Positions 19,675-28,956 of a stretch of 64,000 nt of DNA are shown here, piece by piece. The notes beneath the pieces are model-generated. The model was not told where the DNA came from and did not search any database. It saw nothing but the letters and a program-made list of their open reading frames with translations. The translations under genes and the position numbers were made by a program. Each line of letters opens with the position of its first letter. The first letter of the stretch is position 1. The DNA is from Nitrospira sp. (GTDB lineage: Bacteria > Nitrospirota > Nitrospiria > Nitrospirales > Nitrospiraceae). Location: positions 2,496,001 to 2,560,000 of the forward strand of contig AP038806.1 of assembly GCA_047150005.1 (NCBI GenBank), written 5' to 3'.

Positions 19675-19996
19675 TGGCTCCCCGGGCAGGACTCGAACCT
19701 GCGACCAGCCGGTTACAAGAACTCCCAATCTTTCGAAAGGGCTTGGACTATCTCTTCACCCTTCTGCACAGCAGGGAGGGTGTCGGGCGCTCATGAGGCG
19801 TTATTGGATCGGCTCCTCAGCCTCTAGTCTCTGCACGTTCCTGCCTACTGATATGCCATTCGGCAGGCTTCGCTCAGGATTACCGTTCCGGCTACGCGGG
19901 GACGGCTTCCCTGAATTCACCCGATGTTTCAACCACAGTTTCCTGTGGAAGCTGCATCGTTACAGCCGGCTGCTCTACCAACTGAGCTACCGGGGA
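19675..19996 (-). tRNA. tRNA-Asn(GUU), split by an intron; exons 19996-19962 and 19715-19675
   Basis: Spliced product is 76 nt: TCCCCGG TA GCTC AGTTGGTA GAGC A GCCGG CT-GT^T-AA CCGGC TGGTC GCAGG TTCGAGT CCTGC CCGGGGA G CCA. Perfect stems and G73. Confidence 0.95.
19716..19961 (-). ncRNA. Group I self-splicing intron (246 nt, no ORF)
   Basis: P AAUUCAGGGAA, Q AAUCCUGAGC, R GUGCAGAGACUAGA, S GAAGAGAUAGUCC. P3 UCGGGUG/CGCCCGA, P7 GACUA/UAGUC, P1 with a U.G pair at the 5' splice site, terminal omega-G. Confidence 0.95.
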
Positions 19997-20121
19997 ACGG
20001 TATTCAGTTCAAGCGAGCGCATTCTAGCACAGATGGTGAGGATGAAATCGAGGGTTTTTTACGCGGAGACGATTCAGGAAGGCTATGGACAAGCTAATTA
20101 GCTAACTCGACGTCAAGCGAA

Positions 20122-20391
20122 CTACACGTCGAAATCTTCGGTTTCGTCCTCGTCGCTGGAAGCGTCGGTGTTCCCCTGGGCCAAGGCCGCATAATGCTTG
20201 GCCCAAGTCAGATAGAGGTTGCCGCTGTCGCGCATAGTATCGGCGGCCTTGACCAGCTTCTCCACGAGCTCGGGGTCTTTGCCAGTGGCCTGAATGGCCG
20301 CTGCACGGCGTTCAATCGCTTTCGGGTACTGAGTGATCAAGTCTGTAATGTCTTTCAACAATTCGTCGATAACGTTGTCTTCGGATTCCAT
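20122..20391 (-). CDS. Small helical hypothetical protein with acidic C-terminus
   Basis: 89 aa (MESEDNVIDELL...EDETEDFDV), co-oriented directly downstream of the oxidoreductase operon. Confidence 0.7.
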   Translation of the reverse strand: MESEDNVIDELLKDITDLITQYPKAIERRAAAIQATGKDPELVEKLVKAADTMRDSGNLYLTWAKHYAALAQGNTDASSDEDETEDFDV

Positions 20392-20471
20392 GGTGCACCC
20401 TTTCGAACGTCCCAACAAAAAGACCCCATAGCGAGAACGCCATGAGGTCTTTCGATTCGAACCGTATCGGC

Positions 20472-20750
20472 TTAACCTTGGTAGGCTTGCCCCAATGCCG
20501 CAGATTCGCCTTTCTTCGACATCAACTGCCCAGTGGCGCTGACAGCCTGCATGACGATCGCTTCGTGCTTGGCGGCGTTGCAAACCACGACGCAGAGTTC
20601 GCAACCCTTGCAGCGATCGATGGTGACCTCGGCGACCATCTTGGCGGAATTGAGGTCCAAGCAGTTTGCCTCAGGACAATACATGATGCAGAGTCGACAG
20701 CCTTTCTTAGCCGTACACTTGTCATCGATGACTTGCGCGACGTTATACAT
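20472..20750 (-). CDS. 2-oxoacid:ferredoxin oxidoreductase epsilon (ferredoxin-like) subunit
   Basis: CTAKKGCRLCIMYCP and CKGCELCVVVC [4Fe-4S] motifs; AAGGA RBS before ATG 20750. Confidence 0.85.
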   Translation of the reverse strand: MYNVAQVIDDKCTAKKGCRLCIMYCPEANCLDLNSAKMVAEVTIDRCKGCELCVVVCNAAKHEAIVMQAVSATGQLMSKKGESAALGQAYQG

Positions 20751-20769
20751 TAATGATGGTTCCTTTTTC

Positions 20770-21477
20770 TTACGCGGCGACGGCCGGGTTGCCGACCTGC
20801 AGCTCGACTTTGTTCTTTTCCGCCCATTCGCTAGCGATCTCGTAGGCACGTTTTACAGTCGCCAGATTCTTCGCTAGCAGCATCTCCTTCTTCGCAAACT
20901 TCTTCTTGATCGCTTCGTCCAACGAAGCGGTGCCGCCTGAGGCCACGAATTTCTTACCGAAGCGTTCTTGAAGGGCGCCGTCTAGGGCTTCCATAGTGAC
21001 GCATTTGGTGATGCCGGATACTGAGCCGATCATCGCCATATTCGTCGACAATTCGGTCCCCGCGACTTCAATAGCCAGCTCGGTTCCCGCAATATAAAAC
21101 ACGGCGACGTTCAAATCCTTGAGTCGTTGAATGTCTTCTTCCGAAAGAAGAGGCTGAGCTGAATTGATGATGACCACCCCACCTTCCTTCACGCCGGAAT
21201 AGAAGGGCATCGTATAGCTCTTACCCATGGTAATAACCTGGGGATGGAACACTTGAATCACGTCGGGAAAGACGAGCTCGCCGCGATCGTAGATGCGCTC
21301 GATCCCAATTCGACAGTAGCTCTCCGCCGGAGCCATTCGCTTCTCGGCGCCGAAAAACGGATTTGAAATGGAAAACTTCCCGTCGCGGTTGGCGGCCATG
21401 GCTAAGACGTGCGCTGCTGTGACGGCGCCCTGTCCGCCCAAGCCAGACATCCGGATATTGAGCCGCTTCTTTATCAT
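20770..21477 (-). CDS. 2-oxoacid:ferredoxin oxidoreductase gamma subunit
   Basis: GLGGQGAVT and PFFGAEKRMAP motifs. Confidence 0.9.
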   Translation of the reverse strand: MIKKRLNIRMSGLGGQGAVTAAHVLAMAANRDGKFSISNPFFGAEKRMAPAESYCRIGIERIYDRGELVFPDVIQVFHPQVITMGKSYTMPFYSGVKEGGVVIINSAQPLLSEEDIQRLKDLNVAVFYIAGTELAIEVAGTELSTNMAMIGSVSGITKCVTMEALDGALQERFGKKFVASGGTASLDEAIKKKFAKKEMLLAKNLATVKRAYEIASEWAEKNKVELQVGNPAVAA

Positions 21478-21494
21478 AATGACCTCCGGTCGGG

Positions 21495-22397
21495 TTAGGC
21501 TTGTCCCGCCAATTGCTTGGCCGCCGCTTTCCGTTCCTTCTCCTTCGCAGCCATCTCAGCCAGAAGTTGCTTGGCAGGCTCGCTGATGTATTCCTTGTAG
21601 GCAAAGCGCTCGGTCGGCTTCTCGGAATCCCGCATTTCCTGCAAACCTTCCATGCTGTTCTTCCCGATTTCCAGAATGCAGGGCGTGTACAGCTGAAGAT
21701 AGGTGGGTCCGATCTCGCGGGCGACGTGCACCGCGTTCCGGATGACCTTCTCGACCAGCGAAGGCTTGCTGACCGTGCAGTTGACGACATAGTGACAGCC
21801 AGACTCTCGCGCGATTTCCGGCAACCGCACCTTGTCGAACAATTTGCCGACCGGGGCCATCTTCGCGACAAAGCCTTTCTGCATGAGCCCGCTCTCTTGA
21901 CCGCCGGTATTGGCGTAGAGCTCGTTGTCGAAGCAGATGGTCGTAAACTTCTCCTGCCGGAACCAGGCTTGGAGCGTCATATCAAGACCGATGTCCACGG
22001 TGGCGCCGTCACCGGCGAGGACCACAACGTCTTTCACACGATCAGGGAATCGGACGCTGAGGGCGCGCTTGAGACCGGATGCGATCGCGTTCTGGTTGCC
22101 GAACAGGGAATGGATGTTATGGACCGCAACCATCGGAAACACCAGGCTGGTGCACCCGGTTGATCCGACCATGACCGTATCTTCCGGATTCGGAAGAGAC
22201 GCCAGGATATATCGGAAGGCCATCGATTCCGGACAGCCGGCGCAAAGAGAGTGCTGCTCGATGAGTTCCTTGGAATTGCCGATATCTTTCCAGCCGCGAT
22301 CTTCCTTCCCATAAGTTGCGCTCTTGACCAGGTCCTGGTAGTCCGACGGCATGATGTCATACAGATCTTCGGAAATCTTGATCCGTTCCTTGCTCAT
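21495..22397 (-). CDS. 2-oxoacid:ferredoxin oxidoreductase beta subunit (probably pyruvate-specific)
   Basis: LCAGC, TGC and TPP-binding GDG...DNELYANTGGQ motifs. Por versus For assignment is tentative. Confidence 0.9.
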   Translation of the reverse strand: MSKERIKISEDLYDIMPSDYQDLVKSATYGKEDRGWKDIGNSKELIEQHSLCAGCPESMAFRYILASLPNPEDTVMVGSTGCTSLVFPMVAVHNIHSLFGNQNAIASGLKRALSVRFPDRVKDVVVLAGDGATVDIGLDMTLQAWFRQEKFTTICFDNELYANTGGQESGLMQKGFVAKMAPVGKLFDKVRLPEIARESGCHYVVNCTVSKPSLVEKVIRNAVHVAREIGPTYLQLYTPCILEIGKNSMEGLQEMRDSEKPTERFAYKEYISEPAKQLLAEMAAKEKERKAAAKQLAGQA

Positions 22398-22451
22398 GTG
22401 GCCTCCTCAAGATTCGCTCGCGGGAGCGAACAGGTTCTTTTAGTGTACTGC

Positions 22452-23663
22452 TCAGCTTCCACGACCGGCCAGGGAGAAGCTCTTCATCCCGAGGGCCGTC
22501 TTAATTTCCTGAACGATGATCTCTGGCGGCATCGTCATGCCGCCGCAGACGTGTGGACCGGTGTGTACGCGATGCGGATTCGGAATCGTCGCACGAATTT
22601 CTTTCGCCAGCCAGCCGGTCACGTTGAATTCCGGCACGAAGATGTGTTTGGCGTTCTTCGTAGCTTCTCGAATCTCCTCTTCCGGCCAAGGACGCAACGT
22701 CTTCACCTTCACGAGCCCACAGCGGACACCCTCATCCTCCAATAAGCGGATAGCTTCACGGCCTTGAGAGACGGCGGTACCGGAGGCCACGATGAGGATT
22801 TCCTGGTCGATGTTTTCCGTGTCGATCAACCCGTTCAACCAATGGATCGAATGTTTGCGGGACCGTTCAACTGCGGCCCAGATTTCCTGCTGCCAGCTCG
22901 CATGCGTCGCATAGCTGATGTAGTTGCTCTTCATGACAAAAGGATCCCGCATCATGCGAACAGGCGGGCATTCCATGTCCATGCAAGGAACTGGTGACCG
23001 ATAGGGATCGTAGGGCGGCAGGCACATGTCGGTCGGCGTCAGGTTGACAACATCCTTGGTGTGCGTCACGAAGAATCCGTCGCAACACAAAGCAAGAGGG
23101 AGGTGCACATCCGGTTCTTCGGAGACCATGTAGCCCTTGAGAATCCAATCGAAGAAGTCTTGGGCTGTTTCCGCATGCCAGACCAGCATGCCGGTGTTCA
23201 ACAGATAAGCAATCTCCAGCGTGTCCGGTTGGATCGACAGCGGGGAGTTGATGCCACGACAGGTGACGATCATCTGGATCGGCAATCTCGCACCGGCCCA
23301 CATGGGGAAATTCTCCATGGCCCGCATCGTGCCCGGTCCCGCCGTCGTCGTGAATACCCGAGCGCCTCCGAAGGCGGCGCCTGCGCATTGCGACATGACA
23401 GCGAATTCGCTCTCGCCGCGGAAGTAGTCTCCGATATAACCTTCAGCGAACAATTCACCGATCAACGCCGCTGCTTCGCTCTGCGGGGTAATCGGATAGG
23501 CGATCATGACATCGCAGCTGGCCCGACGAACGGCTTCTTTAATCACTTCGCTGCCCGTAAAGAACGACGGAGTGCGAGGAGCGTCATGGAGCATCTTCCA
23601 CGGATCGGTAAATGTCTGGCCCTTCTTATTCTGCGTTCCGATAGCCGATTTTGTTTCCGCCAT
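22452..23663 (-). CDS. 2-oxoacid:ferredoxin oxidoreductase alpha subunit
   Basis: AYPITPQSE, ESEF and TTTAGPG motifs. Confidence 0.9.
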   Translation of the reverse strand: MAETKSAIGTQNKKGQTFTDPWKMLHDAPRTPSFFTGSEVIKEAVRRASCDVMIAYPITPQSEAAALIGELFAEGYIGDYFRGESEFAVMSQCAGAAFGGARVFTTTAGPGTMRAMENFPMWAGARLPIQMIVTCRGINSPLSIQPDTLEIAYLLNTGMLVWHAETAQDFFDWILKGYMVSEEPDVHLPLALCCDGFFVTHTKDVVNLTPTDMCLPPYDPYRSPVPCMDMECPPVRMMRDPFVMKSNYISYATHASWQQEIWAAVERSRKHSIHWLNGLIDTENIDQEILIVASGTAVSQGREAIRLLEDEGVRCGLVKVKTLRPWPEEEIREATKNAKHIFVPEFNVTGWLAKEIRATIPNPHRVHTGPHVCGGMTMPPEIIVQEIKTALGMKSFSLAGRGS

Positions 23664-23697
23664 GACCCCAGCCTCCTTTCACTGCATCAGGCAGTGC

Positions 23698-24330
23698 TTA
23701 GCTTGTTGCGCCGCTCTTGGTCGTTAGCCGCGGTTTGACCGTTCCCTTTAACTTTTTTACCCAATCGGCGAGCGTCATGATTTTTTCGACCGATGCGTCA
23801 CGGAATGACAGCATCGCATCCTCATGGCCGGCCTGAGCGCACATGGCAATCGTGTAGCAGGATGTACCGCCCCGGATGATCTTGAGGGAGAGATTCGCTT
23901 GGTGACAATGAACCCCCACAAACATGCAGCAATCGATCTTGTTGTGCCAGATGGTCAGATTGGGGTGGTTCGGATTGATTTCAACTTCTGGATTGATCTT
24001 GGGGTACTTCGGTCTGTAGTCAGGCATGGGAATGAGCATCGGCTTCTGGCCCGGCTGCGCGCATTCCTTCAGCGTGTTGTACAGATGGCGGATCGCCGTC
24101 GCTTTCTTCGCCGCTTTTTCGTTCCAGGCCCACAATACCAACGGGCCGGGGAAAATTGTCGGCACTGAGGCCATGAGAAACTGGCGCGCGGCTTCTTCGT
24201 ACGCCTTTTCCTCTGATGCAATGACGCCGTTGATGTGGGCCTCGCCGGGATTGGGCAAGTACACGCCCATGGACGCTGCAGCGGGAGGAAGAAAATGTTC
24301 GGGGCCTGGCAACACGCGATATTGACTCAT
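23698..24330 (-). CDS. Five-subunit 2-oxoacid:ferredoxin oxidoreductase delta subunit
   Basis: First gene of the D-A-B-G-E operon order; PTIFPGP, INPNHPNLTI and GVHCH motifs. Confidence 0.75.
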   Translation of the reverse strand: MSQYRVLPGPEHFLPPAAASMGVYLPNPGEAHINGVIASEEKAYEEAARQFLMASVPTIFPGPLVLWAWNEKAAKKATAIRHLYNTLKECAQPGQKPMLIPMPDYRPKYPKINPEVEINPNHPNLTIWHNKIDCCMFVGVHCHQANLSLKIIRGGTSCYTIAMCAQAGHEDAMLSFRDASVEKIMTLADWVKKLKGTVKPRLTTKSGATS

Positions 24331-24545
24331 TCCAGCTCTCACTCCGCCTAAGGGTTAACTATGAGAGAACTTCGATTTTTCAATAAGCTCGGCTGCTCTC
24401 AATGTAAGCTTTTCTCGGGATATCTGCAACATCACAGAAGGCCCAAGCAGGGGAAATTTTGGGCTATCGGACAAAGTCCAACTAGGCCTATTGTCCTAAG
24501 CGAAGCCGTCTGTTCCGTAAAGAATCAATCGCAGGCTCTTCACGT

Positions 24546-24575
24546 ATTATAGGGGGGGAAATTTCGCTATGTCAA
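24546..24575 (-). promoter_or_regulatory. Consensus sigma-70 promoter of the oxidoreductase operon
   Basis: Minus strand TTGACA-N18-TATAAT; the spacer contains a C7 run. Confidence 0.8.
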
Positions 24576-24677
24576 ACGGAGGCCAGGGGAATTCTCCTTT
24601 CCTGCTCGCAGGAAATCACATCGATCTGAGCCTCACGCAAGTCCTTGATAGTCATTTGGAGGTTTCCGGTTCCTCGC

Positions 24678-25964
24678 TTAAGGGAGCTGTTCGCATGCCT
24701 CGATCGAACCGAGCACGCAGGCTCTCTCTAGATCGTCTTTCGCGAGGCTGCCTTGGAGCGCGTTCTGATACAGCTTGGCTCGGGTGAGGAGCGCCCCGGT
24801 GTTCGTGGGATCGACACGGATAACTGTCGAAAGATCTTCAACCGCTTGTCCAGGACGATTGAGCTTCAACAGTATGTCGCTACGGAGCAAGTAGGCCTCT
24901 TTCTGATAGGGAATCCAACTGTCGGGGGCTTGGGCGTCGAGAAGCCGTTTCAAGGTGGCGAGGGCTTGATGCAGCTGTTTGGATTCCGCTTGCCGCCGGG
25001 CCTGAGTGGTATAGACGACGATGAGGCGTTGGCGCGCAATGTCGAAGAACGGGTCCAGGGCCAGGGCCTGTTCATACGAAACAGCGGCTTCATCCATGTG
25101 CTTGAACCACGTCTGGACATCGCCCCTGCCGACCCATCCCCATGCATTTTGGCTATCGAGCTGCAGCGCTCTGTCAAAGTCCGTTTGCGCCTTCTGGAGA
25201 TAGTCGGCATACATATCCGGGCTCGAATGTTGGGCAAAAGCCAGAGAAACCAATCGAAGATAGGTCTGACCTCGAATGAGAAGCGGCTCCACGGAACGAC
25301 TGTCAAGCGTGACGGCTTCGGAGGACAGCTGGATTTTCTCTCGTAGGTTCTGTGATTGCACGGCCCTACTCACCAAACCTCTCGCCTGCTGAGCAGGCTC
25401 GGATTTTCCGCTTGGTTCGATGATCAGCATTCGAACTCCGATGGAGTCTTGCTGGAATTCCTTCAGCTGTTTGCGCAGTTGCTGATTTTCCTGCTGCAAT
25501 TGACGGAAATGCTGGGAGAGCTTCGCCTCCGATTGCAGCCGTCGGACTGCCGCGACGAGATTATCGATGTCGACCGTGGCTCGGATCCGCACGAAAAACA
25601 CCGGCCGATCGTTTTCAAAGGATCGCCGTGATTCGAGGATCTCGGTTTCCGTAATGCCGGCCGCGATCGTGCGTACTTCCAGCATGCTGTTCTGTGTCCG
25701 TTGCCCCTGGAATTCCCTTTCGATGTCCTGAAATGTCGCCTCGAGGTACACTCCCGCTTCTTCAACCGCTTTCCGCTGGGCACGCTGTAAGACCTTTTCC
25801 TCCGCGCTCGTCAACGTATCGCCGTCCGTCATGGTGTAGGACGCTTCGGCTGTTATGACTTTTCCTAGCGAAGCCGAAGCAGGGGGCAGAAGAAGAAGGA
25901 CGAAGACTAAAGAGTATCCGAGAACGGCCACCGACCCGGTGGAGGATAGAAATGCGGAGCACAT
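24678..25964 (-). CDS. Exported TPR-repeat protein
   Basis: Signal peptide, N-terminal domain with AVEEAGVYLE, coiled coil and multiple TPRs. Confidence 0.8.
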   Translation of the reverse strand: MCSAFLSSTGSVAVLGYSLVFVLLLLPPASASLGKVITAEASYTMTDGDTLTSAEEKVLQRAQRKAVEEAGVYLEATFQDIEREFQGQRTQNSMLEVRTIAAGITETEILESRRSFENDRPVFFVRIRATVDIDNLVAAVRRLQSEAKLSQHFRQLQQENQQLRKQLKEFQQDSIGVRMLIIEPSGKSEPAQQARGLVSRAVQSQNLREKIQLSSEAVTLDSRSVEPLLIRGQTYLRLVSLAFAQHSSPDMYADYLQKAQTDFDRALQLDSQNAWGWVGRGDVQTWFKHMDEAAVSYEQALALDPFFDIARQRLIVVYTTQARRQAESKQLHQALATLKRLLDAQAPDSWIPYQKEAYLLRSDILLKLNRPGQAVEDLSTVIRVDPTNTGALLTRAKLYQNALQGSLAKDDLERACVLGSIEACEQLP

Positions 25965-26054
25965 GGAATAACTATAGCGCTCAGCATCCAGGGCGGCAAT
26001 TCGACAAAAGTATGGCCGACGATACTGGTGTAATGATTCTCGATCGCGGGACGA

Positions 26055-26333
26055 TTATCTTGGTTTGGGAAACACCTGAACGAACGGATGCACTTCCACC
26101 CGTTCAAACACGCCGTTGACCGTGTAGGGATCTTCAAGCGCAAACTTGCGGGCTTCCTCAAGGGAGTCTGCTTCGATGACAATGAGGCTCCCCGTCTTGT
26201 CCGTTAGGGGACCTGCTAGGAGGACCCGGCCGGCTTGATCAAGGGGCTCCAGATTGGCGAGATGAGCAGGCCGGTGAATTTTGCGCCGTGCTTCTCCATC
26301 AGGACCATCGAATCCGAGAATGACGAAAATCAT
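26055..26333 (-). CDS. YciI family protein
   Basis: RPAHLANL, LLAGP, GSLIV and EDPY motifs; start MIFVILG. Confidence 0.9.
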   Translation of the reverse strand: MIFVILGFDGPDGEARRKIHRPAHLANLEPLDQAGRVLLAGPLTDKTGSLIVIEADSLEEARKFALEDPYTVNGVFERVEVHPFVQVFPKPR

Positions 26334-26376
26334 GACGAGTAGGTAGTAGGGGTGTCGATGAGGTTTCAAGGAAGGG

Positions 26377-26790
26377 TCAGGAGGAACTCTCAAGTGGGCA
26401 CCGGTCCTTGTAACCTGAAGTCGTTTCATGCCACCATCTGATCTCCTGTTCCCCCATTTTCCAGCAGAGGAACACGATGCGGCCTTCGCGAAGATGAGGG
26501 AAATCGCAGAGTCCCATATCAAGATCCTTGACGACGACTCCTAACTCGTGGATTGCCTTGATATTGGCACTGACCTGCTGGAGGCTGGTGATATAGAGAG
26601 CCCCGACTGTGCTTCCTCCGCCGTATTCAGCGCGAGCACTCGCTTTCCGAATGTCTTCTTTGGTTCGAACCAGCGTTTCTCTGGCCTGCTTGACCGAAGT
26701 CAGACGGGAATTCAGTTGGGGGATCAGGCGATTGGCTTCCGCCAACGTGAACAGCCGCTCGTGGTGCTCCTGCTCGTCGTCTTGCGACAT
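26377..26790 (-). CDS. DUF2203 family protein
   Basis: FTLAEANRLIP, KDLDMGLCDFP and LCWKMGE motifs. Confidence 0.85.
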   Translation of the reverse strand: MSQDDEQEHHERLFTLAEANRLIPQLNSRLTSVKQARETLVRTKEDIRKASARAEYGGGSTVGALYITSLQQVSANIKAIHELGVVVKDLDMGLCDFPHLREGRIVFLCWKMGEQEIRWWHETTSGYKDRCPLESSS

Positions 26791-26957
26791 GCGCCCTCCC
26801 AGGTTGTTGCGCTCATGTAGCACATCGGTGTTTCTTCCCGCAATACGGCGCCTATGGCCAAGGATTCGGATTCTACCCAGCGCATGATTGTCTCGGAGCG
26901 ATTAAGACCGGAGAAAAGGATCCTCGACGAAGCAAGCACTCCCTGCTTCCTATTCTG

Positions 26958-26986
26958 TTGACAAGCCTAGGTCTGAGGGGTATGCT
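26958..26986 (+). promoter_or_regulatory. Sigma-70 promoter upstream of rho
   Basis: TTGACA-N17-TATGCT. Confidence 0.7.
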
Positions 26987-27286
26987 GCACCGTAACTAGC
27001 TTTCAGTTCGAGTCCACGGACTTTCCGCACACAAGTACTTCCGGGACACGTCTCGATACAATCCACAAGGTATGTCATAGGATCGGTCGGCGCACGGGAA
27101 TTCTCGCTTACGAGCATCCACGGGACATGAGGCAAGGTCGTCCCTCACAAAGCGTCCCCTCGAATTAGAAACACACGCGGCATAATCGCCAACTCAATTG
27201 ATCAGTTCCTTCATCGCGCGCCAGTCGACGTTGACCATGTTTCGTATTCATCGCTGACCACCAGCCAGGAGCTTGAGAGGACACGT

Positions 27287-28558
27287 ATGGCACAAACCAA
27301 GGGAGAGGTTATGCATCTTGCCGAGTTGAAGCAAAAAACCATCGCTGATCTGAATGAGGTTGCGCGCGACCTCAAAATCGAAGGAGCGGCAAATCTGCGC
27401 AAGCAGGAATTGATTTTTGCCATCCTTCAAGCCCAGACAGAGAAAAACGGCGTGGTTTTTGGCGAGGGGGTCCTCGAAACATTGCCCGATGGTTTCGGGT
27501 TTCTCCGTGCTCCCGACTCCAACTATCTTCCTGGGCCGGACGATATCTATATCTCGCCGTCACAGATCCGTCGCTTCAATCTGCGTACGGGGGACATCGT
27601 GTCCGGCCAGATCAGGCCTCCGAAGGAAAGCGAGCGGTACTTTGCGCTGCTCAAAGTCGAAAAGGTCAATTATGAAGATCCGGAAGTCGCGCGCGACAAG
27701 ATCCTCTTCGACAACCTCACCCCTCTGTATCCGGAAGAGCGCATCAATCTTGAATTCGACCGTGAGGAATATTGCACGCGGGTGATGGATCTGACAACTC
27801 CGATCGGTAAGGGGCAGCGAGGTTTGATCGTCGCTGCGCCTCGTACCGGCAAGACCATGTTGCTGCAGGCGATCGCTCGTGCCATCCTCAAGAACCATCA
27901 AGAAGTGACCCTGATTGTCCTGCTGATCGATGAGCGGCCGGAGGAGGTCACCGACTGGCAGCGACAGGTCAAGGCGGAGGTGATCAGTTCCACGTTCGAC
28001 GAGCCGGCTCAACGCCATGCCCAGGTGGCGGAGATGGTGCTGGAGAAAGCGAAACGGTTGGTGGAACACAAAAAGGACGTCGTCATTCTCCTGGACAGCA
28101 TCACCCGTCTTGCGCGTGCGTATAATACGATCGCACCTCCGAGCGGCAAGGTCCTCTCGGGCGGTCTTGACTCCAACGCGCTCCAGCGGCCGAAGAGATT
28201 CTTTGGTGCAGCCCGGAACATTGAAAACGGCGGGAGTTTGACCATCATGGCCACCGCGCTCGTCGATACCGGCAGCCGGATGGACGACGTCATTTTCGAA
28301 GAGTTCAAAGGAACCGGCAACATGGAAGTCCATCTGGATCGTCGGTTGGCCGACAAGCGCATCTTCCCGGCGATCGACATCAGCCAGTCCGGGACGCGCA
28401 AGGAAGAATTGCTGGTGGATAAGGATCGGCTCAACAAGATGTGGATTCTCCGGAAAGTGCTGAGTCCGCTCGGCACGATGGAAGCCATGGAGTTCCTGAT
28501 GGACAAGGTGCAGGGGACCAAGACCAATCAGGAATTCCTGCAATCGATGAACCGATAA
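27287..28558 (+). CDS. rho: Transcription termination factor Rho
   Basis: [27 protein letters not shown] and GGSLTI motifs. Alternative start at 27311. Confidence 0.98.
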   Translation: MAQTKGEVMHLAELKQKTIADLNEVARDLKIEGAANLRKQELIFAILQAQTEKNGVVFGEGVLETLPDGFGFLRAPDSNYLPGPDDIYISPSQIRRFNLRTGDIVSGQIRPPKESERYFALLKVEKVNYEDPEVARDKILFDNLTPLYPEERINLEFDREEYCTRVMDLTTPIGKGQRGLIVAAPRTGKTMLLQAIARAILKNHQEVTLIVLLIDERPEEVTDWQRQVKAEVISSTFDEPAQRHAQVAEMVLEKAKRLVEHKKDVVILLDSITRLARAYNTIAPPSGKVLSGGLDSNALQRPKRFFGAARNIENGGSLTIMATALVDTGSRMDDVIFEEFKGTGNMEVHLDRRLADKRIFPAIDISQSGTRKEELLVDKDRLNKMWILRKVLSPLGTMEAMEFLMDKVQGTKTNQEFLQSMNR

Positions 28559-28644
28559 TATCGGCTTGTATCCGAACCGTCGGACAGGGTACAGTGGCGG
28601 GTCTTCGAATGGGCGAAGGCAGCAGTTTCGGAGGCAGAGGGCAC

Positions 28645-28851
28645 ATGAAAAAGGGTATTCATCCATTGTACCGGGAAGCGACGGTACATTGCGCGTGCGG
28701 CAACAAGTACAAGACCCGATCGACTGTCGGGGACATCAACGTCGATATCTGCTCGAATTGCCATCCGTTTTTCACGGGGACGCAGAAAATCGTCGATACC
28801 GAGGGTCGGGTCGAGCGGTTTAAGAAAAAGTACGCGAAGAAGGGTAAGTAG
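28645..28851 (+). CDS. rpmE: 50S ribosomal protein L31 (Zn-binding form)
   Basis: [27 protein letters not shown]. Confidence 0.97.
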   Translation: MKKGIHPLYREATVHCACGNKYKTRSTVGDINVDICSNCHPFFTGTQKIVDTEGRVERFKKKYAKKGK

Positions 28852-28870
28852 CGAACTCTGCGAACATAGG

Positions 28871-28908
28871 AGAGACCCTGCTTCGCAAGCGGCAGGGTCT
28901 CTTTTTTT
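28871..28908 (+). terminator. Rho-independent terminator after rpmE
   Basis: AGAGACCCTGC...GCAGGGTCTCT hairpin followed by a T-run. Confidence 0.85.
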
Positions 28909-28956
28909 GCCTCGAATCGTTTTCCGACAGATTGGGAAGGATCGTGTTGAGGGAGC

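Noticed and set aside
18682..19675. Genomic island integrated at the tRNA 3' end
   Set aside because: No integrase, and I saw no duplicated tRNA 3' end in the window; a normal terminator follows the tRNA.
19955..19970. Apparent tRNA-Tyr (GUA) anticodon at the 5' exon/intron junction (CUGUAAC)
   Set aside because: The A belongs to the intron. P1 pairing and the omega-G give GUU, and the short variable loop plus G73 fit Asn, not bacterial Tyr.
19435..20101. ORFs 19435-19827 and 19793-20101 as a possible intron-encoded homing endonuclease
   Set aside because: They are antisense to the tRNA and intron, lack LAGLIDADG/HNH/GIY-YIG motifs, and the intron is only 246 nt.
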